Shown here: positions 50,001 through 62,515 of the stretch, in pieces | How positions within the stretch are numbered: position 1 is the stretch's first letter | How the letters are laid out: every line of letters begins with the position of its first letter | Assembly: GCA_905178155.1 (NCBI GenBank) | Contig: CAJINV010000003.1 | Coordinates: forward strand, 8,597,097-8,661,096 | DNA from: Amoebophrya sp. A120 | Taxonomy: Eukaryota > Protista > Dinoflagellata | DNA: 64,000 bases | Direction of reading: 5' to 3' | Made by a program: the position numbers and the translations under genes | The notes under the pieces: model-generated | Databases searched by the model: none | Seen by the model: the letters and a program-made list of their open reading frames with translations, nothing else | What the model was told of the DNA's origin: nothing

Positions 50001-50894
50001 GTACTTGTGCCGAAAGGCGTCCGGAGCTCGACGACACTAGATCGCAAACAAATTAGGAAAAGTATCAATGAAGGGCAACTACTTTTAGTCATAGTCACTA
50101 CTTGCAATTGTATCCGCTGGCGCACCCAAACCCAATAGATTACAACACGGACGTCGACATCACCATGACCGTGAGGAGCAGGGCCACAGCCACCCAATTT
50201 TAGCCGAGACGCGTTCATCTTCTGCCATCTGCGGGGGCCTCTTGCTGCTGGGGAGATTTGGCATCTCTCTCATGGAAATGGACGCCCAGCATGCCTGTCT
50301 TTAGCTCGTGCGCGATGATGCAGATGCTCTGCAATTATGCAGCCAGTAATTATAATTTCGGGGCCCGCCACCTGCGCCTGGCCCGTGGCGCTGGCGACCA
50401 ATAGATGCTGGCCTGCCCAACGGCAGGCTTCTACTCATGAAAAAGGTAGCGGCTGGCTGGCTATGCTTGCGCTTCTGCTTCCGACAGAGTAATTGCCTAG
50501 CATGCCGGCATTGCATAGGCTACCACTACCAGCGTCGCGGCAACGTCAAGGATGGCTACCGTACTAGGCCTTTTCTTGTCGCGCTGAGGACAGAACGCTT
50601 CCGCGCCGGGCGGGCCGCTCCGGGGAGAGGCTGCTAGACTTTCAGCAGCTACCACCTCGCCAGCAAACGGCGCTAGACTAGTTACCAACTGACGCCAGAT
50701 TACTTCTCGCGAACAGGCTGAGATCTCCCAGCCAAGGGCTATTGTCCTAGTAGACGCAGACGCGGCTACAACTTCCCGGAGTTGTTCCATCGCTACTCTT
50801 TTAATTTCTAGGGCTGTGCGCCTATGTGCAGATCTTGCTACTACCCCCACTCGAGCACATGAAGAAGAGTAGCTGCTGGGCGTGCTGGTGACTA

Positions 50895-53102
50895 CTAGGG
50901 TACTGCCTGTTCTTGCTCTTCGAGTATGGTCTTGCTCCACTCCGGACGAGGGTCTTTTCTTCCATCCTGGCTGGGGCGGGCAGGCACACACGGCGCATGA
51001 GGTTCAGGCGTCTGAGCATCCTTTTGCTCGTGCATTTCCAGGGTCCCGGAAAGATGGAAAAAAAGATCCTGATTCTCGTACTCGATCAGCAAGTCTTTTT
51101 GATTGGGGATCCGGCTATTAAATCTGTGGTCGTCTGTGCCTATTTTACGCAAAGCCGTGAGGTCTTCTTGGGGAACCAACCGAGCCAAGCTCACCCTTCC
51201 AGCAAGAGTGTCGTCATTCTTTGCACTCTCGCTTTTATCTTTACGCATATTCATCATGAATGGCTCTTGTGCGCTTTTCCTCTGTTTCCAATAATCATCC
51301 TTTGTCTTTTGTGTTGCATCATACTCGGCCATCCGCCACTTCAACTGCAGAAGCGCTTCTGCTTGATCTTGGGGACTGGCTTGCTCGAACGGCGCAAACG
51401 TTGATGTGAAAGGCCACATCAAATCAGCGACACAAAATTCTTGCAACTTTTTGCCCTCTCGCCCTCCGTCTCCACTGGCAAAAAAGCCCGAAGGGTTGAT
51501 AGCGACGCTCCGCCACGTATTCTTGGCATTGTTATGTCCTTGTGGGCTGCGCTCAAGGTCACCGCGGATAAGACCCCCAAAATTACGACTCTCTGCGACA
51601 GTCTGCTCGCGGCAGAACGTGTTGCCGTCGTAGCTGAGAAAGCGGAACGCCTGAATATCCGGGAGCGGATACTTTTCGTTCATTTCCAGGTATCTCGGGC
51701 TTGCCACAACAAACCTGTTGCAGATCATCGCCCTCCAGGCCTGCATGATATTAAACGTCGCCTGTCGATAGCCATACTGTGTAGCGTCAAGGCTTGACAA
51801 ACCACGTTGTGCCAGGAGACCGTTGCCGTTCAAATTCAGAGCCCAGGAAAAAGCAGCGTTCGACGCGGCCCAACCATTACCACCCCAAGCGCTGAAGATA
51901 CATCGATCGCCTCGCCATGGCCAAGCGTTCCGGTCATTCAACGCATTCGACATCTCGAAACTCTCCAAGTCCAGGTAACATTGTCTACTCATACTCAAAC
52001 CACCCATATTTCCGTCGCAGGGATTCTTGAGCGCAGTCTTCCAATCCGGGCAGGATGCGTCGGACCCCTTCGAAGACCAATCATCCGAGTTCAAGCTTCG
52101 CACTGCCTTGCCGATTTTTTTTAAAGCCCAGAGAGGATCGAGACCAGAGGCCAACGAAAGATGTGTCCGAAGAGTGAAGTCCGCGTTGAATGTCCACTCA
52201 TGAAACTGCACAATTCCGAGCTTTTTATCTCTCTTGTCCCCTTCCCCACGCGCATTTACGTCGTCTTGAATACGTAGCAGCCGCAGAAAATAAATAGCGA
52301 GGTTGTAGATCTTGTGATCAGATAGAACGTAGCTACTAAACCTCGTATCATCGCCGACCCTGAGCAGTTGGCTTCCTAGCGCCGAAATTTTTCCTTCGCG
52401 GCTGATACTGCCTTCAGTTCCAAACTGGATCTCGTTTAGCACAATCTGAACCAAAACCAGTCTGGCGATGTCAGTGGTGAACGAGTAAGCTCGCCGCGAT
52501 ACTGCAACCGCCGATCCGCAATAGAACGGCTTCGGAACAAACTTTTTAGCAAAGGCTACTGCACTTTTTTTATTAATATCTTTATCGAAGTTTCTTACCG
52601 CCGTCTCGTCCCCTCCTGCCCAGTCTACGAATTTCTTCCAAGTTTTAAATCGCTGCTGTCTGAAGTTACGGGCATATATCACTCCGTTCCCAGAGAGAGA
52701 GGCAAGGTCTGAGATGGCGAACAGCGACGCCCGGTCTGCGATGGCGATCCCTGGTGGAACGTACTTGTGTTCCCATATTTTCAGCGGCTTCAGGTCTTCG
52801 CAGTCCCCTTTATCTATCGGCGTCGGCCCGCAATCCTCTTTCTCTTCGTCGGGTTCGGAGCCATAGGGCGGGATTGTGTGCTCATTCCGACCGGCCTTTT
52901 TGTACTCGTCATGAAGGTCCTTCATCAGCTTTTTACTTTCATGTAGGTCTTCCTGCAGTGTTCCACTTTTGCCGGCTGCGCTCTGCGTCGGGCGCGCAAA
53001 TGCCTCTTCCTTTAGGGCGCCAACCATGCTCTTGCCAAGTTTTGGCAGTGAGTCGTGAAACATCCAGGGAGAAGCGATGCTCGGAGTTGTGGAAGCCTTC
53101 AC
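50895..53102 (-). CDS. Large exon, hypothetical protein
   Basis: 735-codon ORF; no recognised family. Confidence 0.75.
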   Translation of the reverse strand: MKASTTPSIASPWMFHDSLPKLGKSMVGALKEEAFARPTQSAAGKSGTLQEDLHESKKLMKDLHDEYKKAGRNEHTIPPYGSEPDEEKEDCGPTPIDKGDCEDLKPLKIWEHKYVPPGIAIADRASLFAISDLASLSGNGVIYARNFRQQRFKTWKKFVDWAGGDETAVRNFDKDINKKSAVAFAKKFVPKPFYCGSAVAVSRRAYSFTTDIARLVLVQIVLNEIQFGTEGSISREGKISALGSQLLRVGDDTRFSSYVLSDHKIYNLAIYFLRLLRIQDDVNARGEGDKRDKKLGIVQFHEWTFNADFTLRTHLSLASGLDPLWALKKIGKAVRSLNSDDWSSKGSDASCPDWKTALKNPCDGNMGGLSMSRQCYLDLESFEMSNALNDRNAWPWRGDRCIFSAWGGNGWAASNAAFSWALNLNGNGLLAQRGLSSLDATQYGYRQATFNIMQAWRAMICNRFVVASPRYLEMNEKYPLPDIQAFRFLSYDGNTFCREQTVAESRNFGGLIRGDLERSPQGHNNAKNTWRSVAINPSGFFASGDGGREGKKLQEFCVADLMWPFTSTFAPFEQASPQDQAEALLQLKWRMAEYDATQKTKDDYWKQRKSAQEPFMMNMRKDKSESAKNDDTLAGRVSLARLVPQEDLTALRKIGTDDHRFNSRIPNQKDLLIEYENQDLFFHLSGTLEMHEQKDAQTPEPHAPCVPARPSQDGRKDPRPEWSKTILEEQEQAVP

Positions 53103-54574
53103 ACCGTCGTCTTGTTGGTGCCCAGATGCGCGAGTCTGTCGCTCGGAATTGCTCTACTCGCGAAAAGCATCACGCAAGTAATTGCTTCCGGGTTTCGACG
53201 ACGTTCAGTTTTAATTTTACAAAAATGATCGTGCTGATGATGGCGATGGGCCAGGTCGCAGCCTTCCTTATCTCCAGCCAGAAGAATAAGAAATAATCGG
53301 CCAGCCTGATGTGGGCGGGGTTGGTCAAGGTTGGACTACAAAAGCCCAGGGCGTTCCAGACCGGCGTAGAAACAAAACGGCCAGCGTAAGTGCTGGGAAC
53401 GACTCCCGGACAGATATGGGCATCCATGCGCAGAGGCTGCAACTTTTCTGGCCTGCGCAGGAAGTTTTTGCTTTGGGTCGTTGCGACAGAGATAGCTGCT
53501 GGCCCTGTGATCAAGTGTTTGACGTTGAAACGAATTCGAGAGAGCCAGGACTTTCCGAGGTTTCCGGATTTTCGCGTCGTCGTGCTTTGTTTAAAAAATC
53601 ACTTTCGCGGTCGCTTCCGGTCTTGCTTTAGTTTTACAAAAATTTTGCAAATACTTTGCAAATAAAGGGCACAGAGCCTGACAGCTGCTAGCGCCGGCCT
53701 GTCTCAAAAACTGGCGCAAAATTGAAGCAAAATCGGAAAGATTTCGCGAAGTCGCCCGAGAGTAAAACTTATTCACTGCGAGTGCGTTCTTGTTATTGGT
53801 TCTGGAAGGATGCGAGCTTTGTTATGCAGCTTTCGCATGAGCCAGAAGCAGAGCCAGAAGGTCTGGAATGTGGGCTCTAGCGTCACAAGAAGTTTTGAGA
53901 AGGCTACTCAATGCTGAATCCGCATTAGAAATGCCGCCATCTGGTAACCAAAAGCGATGACGTTTGCTGGTCACGCAATACAAATTGAAATTTTTGCGTC
54001 GATCAGATTTAGCATGACAAACTCGGACTGGACTCTTCCAGACTCAGACATATTTCTATTAATGCATTTGATAAAACTGAAGCGGCTTATTTTGTTCGCC
54101 TTCCTGATCTTCTACAGCCCTCAGCACACACAGAAAACATCTCAAGATATCTGAGCCGCGGAAGTCGCGCAATGCCATCGCTACGGAGTTGCTGCGGCGC
54201 CTGTTCCACGATGGCGCGGCGCGACGTAGCGCCAATCAGTTTGCCGGCGTAATGCCAGGCCGTTAGGCAGCAGCGGAGAGATGGGGTGCCAGTGCCTGCT
54301 TCTTATGTTCGTAAACCCGCCCCGCCCCCGCATTGTCCCAGCAAATGGATGCCCGCCCGGAAAGGACGCACCAAAGCACCAGAATGAAGGAGACGCAAAA
54401 AACAAAGCGGGCAAATTGCGGGAAAAGCGGTGGGGTGGCCAACAGCCCGGCAAGATATTTTCCGCAAACCGCAAAAAAGCCTTCAGGTGAGGCCCTGCTG
54501 GTGCCTCCCTGTTCCTGTAACTTGCGGAAGTGAACACATACAAAACCCGGAATCGCAAAGATGCATAATGCTTT

Positions 54575-55996
54575 TCAAGAGTTGTAACGCTTGCCTTTCT
54601 CCAGTACTGCTGGTTGCCAAACGGTATCCCAAGCATCGGCAATCATATCCCGGTGATCAATTCCTTTCGCAGCAAGAATTCCCCCTCCTCCGGACGCCGT
54701 AACCCAAGTGCGGGAGTGGTCCAATGTCGTTAGATACGGATCAAACAGCAACACTCTCGCATCTCTGGGGGTGGTAGCACCAGCATCATTCCTCTGTTGG
54801 GGTTTGCTGTAGGCTGTCAATACTGCTGCACGAAAACCGAACCGCAAGACCCAGAGCATGTTTCTCATGTGCCAGAGAAAGGGCAGCAGCGAGCCGGGAT
54901 CCTCCGTAAATGCGGGTACTGTCTCCGATAATAGTGACAAACTACATAACAAGTGCAGCTCCACAAGCGGACTCGCTCGCTGCTCCTCGTCTACAGAAAG
55001 AAGGCGGAAGTTCCTGCTCCTTTCGTCGCTTCTTGAGACGGATGGAGATGTGGACCCGCTTTCGCCGCTTGAGGTGGTGCTTGCTGCTGGGAGTTGCGTC
55101 TTTTCTTCTTGTTCTTCCTCTGTCGGCGTCAGAATGGGGAACCTTCTCCCACTAGCGAAGAGGCCACCCGCGGAGAGGTGCAGCATGGCATCGAGAGCCG
55201 GCTGACTCATTTGGCGCACACCGTTCACGACGGAGTACCTCCACCGTGATAAAGCCTGCGCTCCGGTCTCGTCGTCGAGTTTACGTTGTTGTAGGGCGCC
55301 GGAGTCTCGACGATCGTAGACATGTGGATCATACTGCCCACCGGGGCACTCCGCGAAGGTCAAGGGGCCATCACGGTTCTTGTCGACGGCCTCCCATGAA
55401 TGGGGGGGGTCTTTGTTGCGGAGGTCAAACCGATTAATCTGGAACTCTTTGTCTTTTGTTGTTGTTGATCGCCGAAACGGATCAAGGTCTTTGTTTTCGT
55501 ATGCGTAGAACGGCAAATAAAACGACGCGCGACTGATGAGCGCGGCCCACTGCTGTGGAAGGGTTACAAAGACGCTCCAGCGGTTGATAGCGGGCTTCAA
55601 TTTCTCTGCAACGCAATCAGCGACCGAGAACGGTTTACTCGAAATTACATTGTGTAGAGCTGCGAAGCCCTTCTCCATCGCGTTTCGGAGGCAGTTCTGA
55701 TTAGCACCAAGCTCGAAGTTGTGATGAAACACTTGTGCACCGTTCAGAAAGAACTCGACGCGTTTGAGCTGCCGAAGTCGTTTGGTGCGAGGGCTCTCGT
55801 CTCGGTAACTCGACGTTGTCCCCCGGTCGGGATTCGCGTCTGCGTCGAAATTAGCCAGTGGGCTTTTGCAAAAGTTTGCGGCTACTGCTGCCGAACTACG
55901 ACCGGGTGCAGAGGCCTCGACGTCACTGTATACGCCCCGGCCCCCGAAGCGCTGTTGCTCTCTCTTCCGCAAACGGGCTCCATAAGAATACCGCAC
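54575..55996 (-). CDS. Hypothetical protein exon
   Basis: 473-codon ORF, protein-like. Confidence 0.6.
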   Translation of the reverse strand: MRYSYGARLRKREQQRFGGRGVYSDVEASAPGRSSAAVAANFCKSPLANFDADANPDRGTTSSYRDESPRTKRLRQLKRVEFFLNGAQVFHHNFELGANQNCLRNAMEKGFAALHNVISSKPFSVADCVAEKLKPAINRWSVFVTLPQQWAALISRASFYLPFYAYENKDLDPFRRSTTTKDKEFQINRFDLRNKDPPHSWEAVDKNRDGPLTFAECPGGQYDPHVYDRRDSGALQQRKLDDETGAQALSRWRYSVVNGVRQMSQPALDAMLHLSAGGLFASGRRFPILTPTEEEQEEKTQLPAASTTSSGESGSTSPSVSRSDERSRNFRLLSVDEEQRASPLVELHLLCSLSLLSETVPAFTEDPGSLLPFLWHMRNMLWVLRFGFRAAVLTAYSKPQQRNDAGATTPRDARVLLFDPYLTTLDHSRTWVTASGGGGILAAKGIDHRDMIADAWDTVWQPAVLEKGKRYNS

Positions 55997-58900
55997 GAAA
56001 GCACTTTACTACGGGGAAAAGTTCGCTCACGAGTTAGAAGTAACATGCTTTGCGAAAAAAATATATAGTCAACATTTCATCCATAGGCACTCCACCCCCA
56101 ATGTCGCTGCATTGGAATTCACAGAAGCAGGCGCCGGATGCGTTCAGCCCGCCGGTGGGCACGGCCGCTACAACAAATCGCTATCAAGAAAGACGGACAG
56201 AAGGTCCCCGTCGTCGCTTTAGATGATGCAGACGCCGGCAGTGTTATAATCTTCCCCGGGTGCCCGAGATCACACGGAGAGGGCATTGCGCTACCCAACC
56301 ACAGTAGACGCATTGACGCCGGGAGGAAGGTCTTAGCCCCCGCGGCTTTTGGCGACCACGATTGACGGGGGGCATTCGGGGGGCCGTCGCTTGTTGCCGG
56401 ATTTGAGGGGGGGGCGCCTGTCGTCTGTTCACGGTAGTGCTTGCCGCAAGCGAGCAGCTTGCGTCGAGTTATGTCTTGGGCTACTGCCCGACACCTTCGC
56501 GCGGCGGAAGCGGTTTGCTTATCCCCACGCGAAGAACTGAGGGCCGCGCCCAATATCCATCCGCGCTCGCCTCGTTCTTCGCGGAGCCCTTTTCTTTCGT
56601 TCTTCTACTTCTGTAGGCTGCGCCCAGGACTAGCACCATGCTGCCTACGACGAAATGGAAAGGAGACGCTACCGTCGCACGCTTGGGCAGTTGCTTTTCA
56701 AGCGCACCCTTGCAGCAACTGCAACTCGCCGGCGTGCCACTGCTTCGTCTCCTCGCCGAGGACGAGGAGGCTTCGCCCTAGCTATTTTGAATCCAACGCC
56801 CGCCCGTAGTATTAGAGCGCGTGCCCATTTATTAGTCACATCGAAAGCCAGTCGCGGTAACGCGGCCGCGTCGCGTTTGTTTATATATTGTCTGACAGCG
56901 TAGCGCATGCTATAGCGTTGCAAACCTGTGCGGCTCCACGCACTGGGTGGCTGCAAGACTTGCCATGCTGGTCACGATGCATGGCTATCGAGGGAGCTTT
57001 CGACGCGTCGGCCGCGTCCACGACCACACCCACCCCAAAAAGCTTGCCATCCAAAACAAGACCGGGCCTCATCCGCGGGCTCGGCCTTGCACTAAAACGC
57101 ACGGGCGAACGTCGCGAGAGATGGGCCGCCCTCCGGGGGCAGCCCTGCTGGTGTTAGTCCGGCGAGGTAGCCAATGGAGTGGGCGGGCGAATGAATTACG
57201 GGAGGGCCTTCACACAACTGCGCGCGTGCTGTTTCCCAAACGTGAGGAGTCGCTCGGCGCCGGAAACCGGCCACAGTTTTTACCATGTTTTTGGGGTGCC
57301 GGCACCCCGCGGCCTCTTCTTACCACGCTGGGTATAGTCCCGCTCGCCCTTCGGATGGGGGTGGGGTCCCGTCTCAGCGGCTAGAAAATAGGAAGGCACT
57401 TACTGAGGCCGGCGCGTCGGAGAGTGGGGGAATGCATGCAAGAGGCCGGAAAGACGACAAACCCCAGAAGCCGACGAGAAGCAACACCGGGACGAAGCAG
57501 GCCGCGCACACCGATGGCGCGGGGCATCGGTGAAGCTTCGGGATGGATTGAAGTTAAGCGCTTGGGCTTGGATTTCCTGTTGGGGCTTGGGTAGCTAACA
57601 GGCTTGGGCGTTTTCTTCTGGCTCTTACTTCGGTTTGTGCGATCGGCCGGGCTCGGGGGGTTGCGTCTGGGCTTTAGCTCTCGAAGTCCTCGATCTTGGT
57701 CCACAATTCACAAGACGAAACGGGTGGGAGGAATGAAGCCCCGGGCCACGGCCAGACAAGAGCCGGAAGCGCAATTACGACGGGCAAGGGCAAGCAGGTC
57801 AACCCCACAAGAGCTGCCCCGGCGCCATACATCCCTCAGCTTGAAGGACCGCGAGCAGGGGGCGCCATGCTCATGGTGGAGGGAGGTCGTGAGCAAGTTT
57901 ACAAGTGCCGCGGCGCGCTGCTCGGCGCGCCGCGGCGCAGGGCGTGCGTTTTGCAATTAGAAATAGTGGCGCGTGTGGCGAGGACGCAGGGCGCCCCTGC
58001 CCGGCTGGTCGGCGCTCCCGCCCCCGTCCGGTCTTTGGTAGTTGGCTACTGTCGCCTTGGTTTCTGAGTCTAGCGCTGCGCTTTTTGGAGTTTCTGAGTT
58101 GTCGCGCAATCGTCCTACACACAGGTGGCGAAGCTGGCGCTCGCGTTGTTAGTTAATAAGAACCAATCCACGCGGCGTGCGCCGCGTGGGAAAAAGTATA
58201 TACATCACTCAGGTTCGCTGCAATTGCTTTCAAATCAAAGCGCATGGCTCGCCACCCTCTGATAGAATTAATAGCCGGAAAACATCCCCGAAGGCCTTCG
58301 AGGCGTGGCAGCGCGGGAATTTCGCAAACGCGGCGCGCGTGCGCGCATGGGTCACAAGTGGCCTGCCTTCTGTTTGGAAAAATTTTTGAGAAACAAGGGG
58401 CCTGCCTCCCGTCGAGAAACGTACGGGGCGAAGAGTCCGCGACTTCTCACTTCGGGAAAATTTTCACTTTGTCCTCGAAAATCGGACTCGGAGCCAAAAA
58501 GTGCGCGCTTCCTTGGAAACATGAGAAGTCACTGACCTCCAACTTCTGGAAAGTTTTCATTCTGGAAGCCGCTGACTTCTCCTTGCTGGAGAGATTTCAT
58601 TCTGGAAAAGTGAAACACTTCCGAAAAGTTTGCTTTCCATTTGGAAAAGTGAGGAGTCGCTGCCTTCTCACTGCGTTTCTCGATGGCCTTCGAAAAACGG
58701 AGTGAGAAGTCAGTGACTAACTTCTCACTTTTGAAAAATTCTCACTCTGGAATCGGAGTCGCGTTCACTCTTCCCAGAGTGACAATTTTCGAAAAGTGCG
58801 AACTCAGTGACTTCTCGCTCCGTTTCGCGAAGGCCTTCGAGCTCCCGAGGCGCAGAATCGCGAGGGAAATGCGCGAAGCATCTAAACGCGAGCGATACCC

Positions 58901-59071
58901 AGTCGGGCTCTTTTCACACGGCGAAAAGCGTCCGACTGGCGCCGGCGCCTCTGCTAAAAAGGGTGCGCCTTCGCTTTGCGTCAGCCGGAACTTCATCACG
59001 AGCCGGGCGCAGTTTGAGTCAATGCTGAAGCCTTTTGCTTGTGTTTAAACTACAACGCAAAGTTAGCAAAA

Positions 59072-59509
59072 CCTTCAGAAGAAAGCTTCAGAAGGTTTTG
59101 AAAGCCTAATCTTCAGAAGCTCTTCAGGAAGATTTTTTGCCCTTCAGAAGGTCAAAAAAAGTTGCGCCATTTTTTTCGCGTTTTTTGATAGAAAGCGGCA
59201 ACTTTCGTTTTCCACCTTCAGAAGGTTTTGAAAAAACGACCTTCAGAAGGCCAAAACCTTCAAGAAGGTCAAGAATTATTTTTGGCAAACCTTCAGAAGG
59301 TTTTTTGGGCCAAAAATCTTCTGAAGGTTACAACGCACCTACTGAAGGTATGAGTCTTCTGAAGGTTTTCGAAAAAGGCGAAACTTGGGCAATTCAGGAC
59401 CTGACTCCGTTTCAGTTTTGCGCGTCAAAAAAAGTGCCGACGTTTGGATCTTCTTCTGAAGGTTTTCTGATTCTTCTGAAGATTCTTCAGAAGGTTTTTC
59501 TTCTGAAGG
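59072..59509. repeat. Fold-back element built from ccttcagaagg / ccttctgaagg motifs
   Basis: About 15 copies, mostly forward in the left half and reversed in the right half; ends ccttcagaagaaa / tttcttctgaagg. Confidence 0.7.
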
Positions 59510-59621
59510 ATGTTATGACTTTTTCCCTTATAGCCCTTCAATTTATTATTTATATAGACGCGGGAAAGGTGGAAAATGCCCGAAAGCACTGAAATCGTGA
59601 AGCACTTTATCACCCCCCGCG

Positions 59622-59880
59622 TACCCTTATCCGAAACCACTCCAGGGATACTTACCCTTATCCGAAACCACTCCAGGGATACCCTTATCCGAAACCACTC
59701 CAGGGATACCCTTACCCGAAGCCACCCCAGGGATACCCTTACCCGAAACCTCTCCAGGGATACCCTTACCCGAAACCACTCCAGGGATACCGTTACCCGA
59801 AGCCTCTCCAGGGATACCCCTACCCGAAACCACTCAAGAGCCCCCCGGTTTCCCGGTTTACCCGAAACCACTTCAGGGCT
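59622..59880. repeat. 27-bp tandem repeat (tacccttacccgaaaccactccaggga) x~8
   Basis: Direct inspection. Confidence 0.9.
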
Positions 59881-60399
59881 TCCCGGTTTCCCGGTTTCTG
59901 TATACTTATTCCCGGTTTCCCGGGAACCCGGAGTATCATATACATACTTAGACGAGCTGGAAGCTTTGGCTTTAATTTGCCGTGTGGCATTTCAGGTTTC
60001 CCGGCTATATATTCGCGATCGCGATTGATATAAAAATAAAAACGAGTCGCGTATGTTATATACTTTTGGCAAGATGAAGATTTGCTTCTTGTATAAAGCA
60101 TTCCTATAAAACAAAATGAGTCGACGTCAACCTGCTCCTCCTCGACACCAAAACGCTGGCTGTTGCGTCTGGCCGCACCCCGCAAAGCCCACCCCCCTTT
60201 CCCGATACAATCCTTGCTGAAGCAAATCTATCAACGCGTACTCCTAAGCTATTTTTCCCCTTCGTAAGTTTATGAATGCAGAATATCCGCGAGCGCGCTC
60301 TGGCCTTTTCAAACGTCACAGTCTCAAGTGCAGCAGATTATGTCCTCTGAAACTGAAAGTGAAAGAGAAACCTACGAAGTTTTAAACTTAAACCAACAT

Positions 60400-60573
60400 A
60401 AGCAACTGCTGCTTTTACTTTTAGAACAAGCAGTGAAACCACGCCCACCCGCGGCTTGCTAGTTCACAAGCAAGCCGCGGGTGGGCTGTGCACTGCTTCC
60501 AAGATCCCAGCCGGTTTGAAAACCAAACGAATGAAGAGTTGCTGGTTGGTGCAAGCAAAAGCAGCAGATGCTT
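60400..60573. mobile_element. 174-bp MITE-like fold-back
   Basis: 17-bp TIRs aagcaWctgctgctttt and a central stem gcccacccgcggcttgct / agcaagccgcgggtgggc. Confidence 0.65.
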
Positions 60574-60638
60574 CGGCTTGGAATTAATTATGTTATTCTT
60601 CTTGATCTTCTACTCCTTGATGTTGATCTCGGTCGTTT

Positions 60639-61460
60639 TCAAATTTCACAATATGCATGGAAGATGACAAAAAAAGCACCAGCTGAGAACTGTGCCATCT
60701 CAGCAAGCCATACGTGCCAGTCGCCGTAGTTGCCCGAGGCGGAGCTCGCGCTCCCGTCCGCGACCGACCCTGGTCGCCGCAACGGATCGCACAGCGCGTT
60801 CCTTGGCATTTTCAACAACGCGCTCTGCACGCAGGACAAAAGCCGGTACGATCCTGCTCCCTGTTGCCTCTGCTGCCCCTTCGCTTCGTTGGTAGTTCGC
60901 GGGCAAAATATAGCGGAAAGCTGCTTCGCCGGAATTTCGCCGGGCTCGTCAGAATCAATATCGGGTTCGAAAAGTCTGCTCGACAGATCGCCGAAGATGG
61001 ATTCGCCTAGGCACACCGGGCCGATACCCGAATCCGCGTGGGAGCCTCCTTGTAAGTAGTACCATTCAAGCCCACGCGCAATTCTCGTTAGCTCCGTAAA
61101 GGCTCCTATGTTCTCCGTCATAAAGACCACCGCAATCGCCTCCAATATCAAGTCGCCTGCACTCTCGGTGTAGACTCGTTGCTTTCCCGTTGCGTCACTC
61201 GCCGGCGAAGCACGGTACTGGGTCCAAAATGTCTCCATTTTTTTCTCATCCGCAAAGAGCGCATCGCACATGACAGGTCTCCCCGAAGCTGCCGCCGGGG
61301 CATTTGCGGGTCTCTTTTTTATGGATCCAAACACCGAGCTGAATGTCATTGCCATGTGCAGCACATCACCGAGCTCCGTCCATCGCAAAGCGCTGGGGTC
61401 ATCGCGCGGGGGGGGAGCCGCTCTAAGCTGAAGCGCGAAGGCGAAAACCACGTTTCGCAC
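60639..61460 (-). CDS. Hypothetical protein exon
   Basis: 273-codon ORF, protein-like. Confidence 0.55.
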   Translation of the reverse strand: MRNVVFAFALQLRAAPPPRDDPSALRWTELGDVLHMAMTFSSVFGSIKKRPANAPAAASGRPVMCDALFADEKKMETFWTQYRASPASDATGKQRVYTESAGDLILEAIAVVFMTENIGAFTELTRIARGLEWYYLQGGSHADSGIGPVCLGESIFGDLSSRLFEPDIDSDEPGEIPAKQLSAIFCPRTTNEAKGQQRQQGAGSYRLLSCVQSALLKMPRNALCDPLRRPGSVADGSASSASGNYGDWHVWLAEMAQFSAGAFFVIFHAYCEI

Positions 61461-62515
61461 GTGCGACTTTGCTAGTGCTAGATCCTTTGCGCTAGTAACG
61501 TACTGTGGGTTTTCAACAGTTTTGCACTCTTCTTCCAGACGCTTATCTATACTCCGAAAGGACTCGTCCTCTTTCCTGTCGGCCCTTTTCTGTTCTTCCG
61601 TCCTCGCAGAAAGTTCATCATCGTCGTTATGAACAAAGCCTCAGAATGGAAATTCTCAAAGTGGAAATAATTTGTGATGCATGAATATAACCCGCTCAGG
61701 AATTAAATTCAGCGATATTTTGAAAAAAAGCGAGCCGCTATTTCTCAAATCGTCGCCATTTAAAGTCGCTACTTCAAAGCCCAGCTCTTAAGCTAGCTGG
61801 TCCGAAGGTCTTCCAGTTCTCTTGTTGATGTGTCCCTAAACGGTAAGTCCGCCGGTGGTATGGCGAAGGTGCCGGCGCGGTTTCGATCTTTGGAAAGGCA
61901 ACACTTTATACAAGAGAAGAGCAAGCTTTTTCTGCAAGAAAACCTGGATGAGGAAGCACCCCCCCTCCAGGGGGGGCGTTAACATCTGAAATCAATCGAC
62001 CTCATACCGCCGTGGGAAGGGTCCAAGAATGGACCCAAAAACCCGGCCCGTTTCTGCCGGATCCGGAAAAGTAGTTTTTTCACAGGTCCGAAAGGAAAAA
62101 GAGACCCCGCACCGTCGTGGTTAGCTTTTCAAAATCTCCAAAAGTGCGCTTTTTTTGTTATATTTTAGGTTTTTTCACAGGTCCGAGAGCTCCGAGGACC
62201 AGCATAGCACGCGGATCAACTTTCCAATTTGATCAAAATTGGCGATGGTTGTTTTTTTCGGTTTCAAAGACGAAAAAGGAAAGCAGTTGCTTTTTTTTCA
62301 AACTCGTGCTGAATTTAATACCTGAGCGGGTTATAATGAAATGCGACACCAGAAAGACTGTAGTATTGCTATTGCAGAGAACGCAATGGAGGCCGACGAT
62401 TGTGCTTCTACGGGTCCAGAATTGGGCCGCTGATTAGCACGAGAGAAGGGCACCCCTTTGCCGAACTAGCATGACAGACACGCTTTGAGTGCCCGGGAAA
62501 TTTGTTATGCGCCGA

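Noticed and set aside
59622-59880. Telomeric repeat
   Set aside because: 27-bp period with only CCCTTA-like fragments, not (TTTAGGG)n or (TTAGGG)n.
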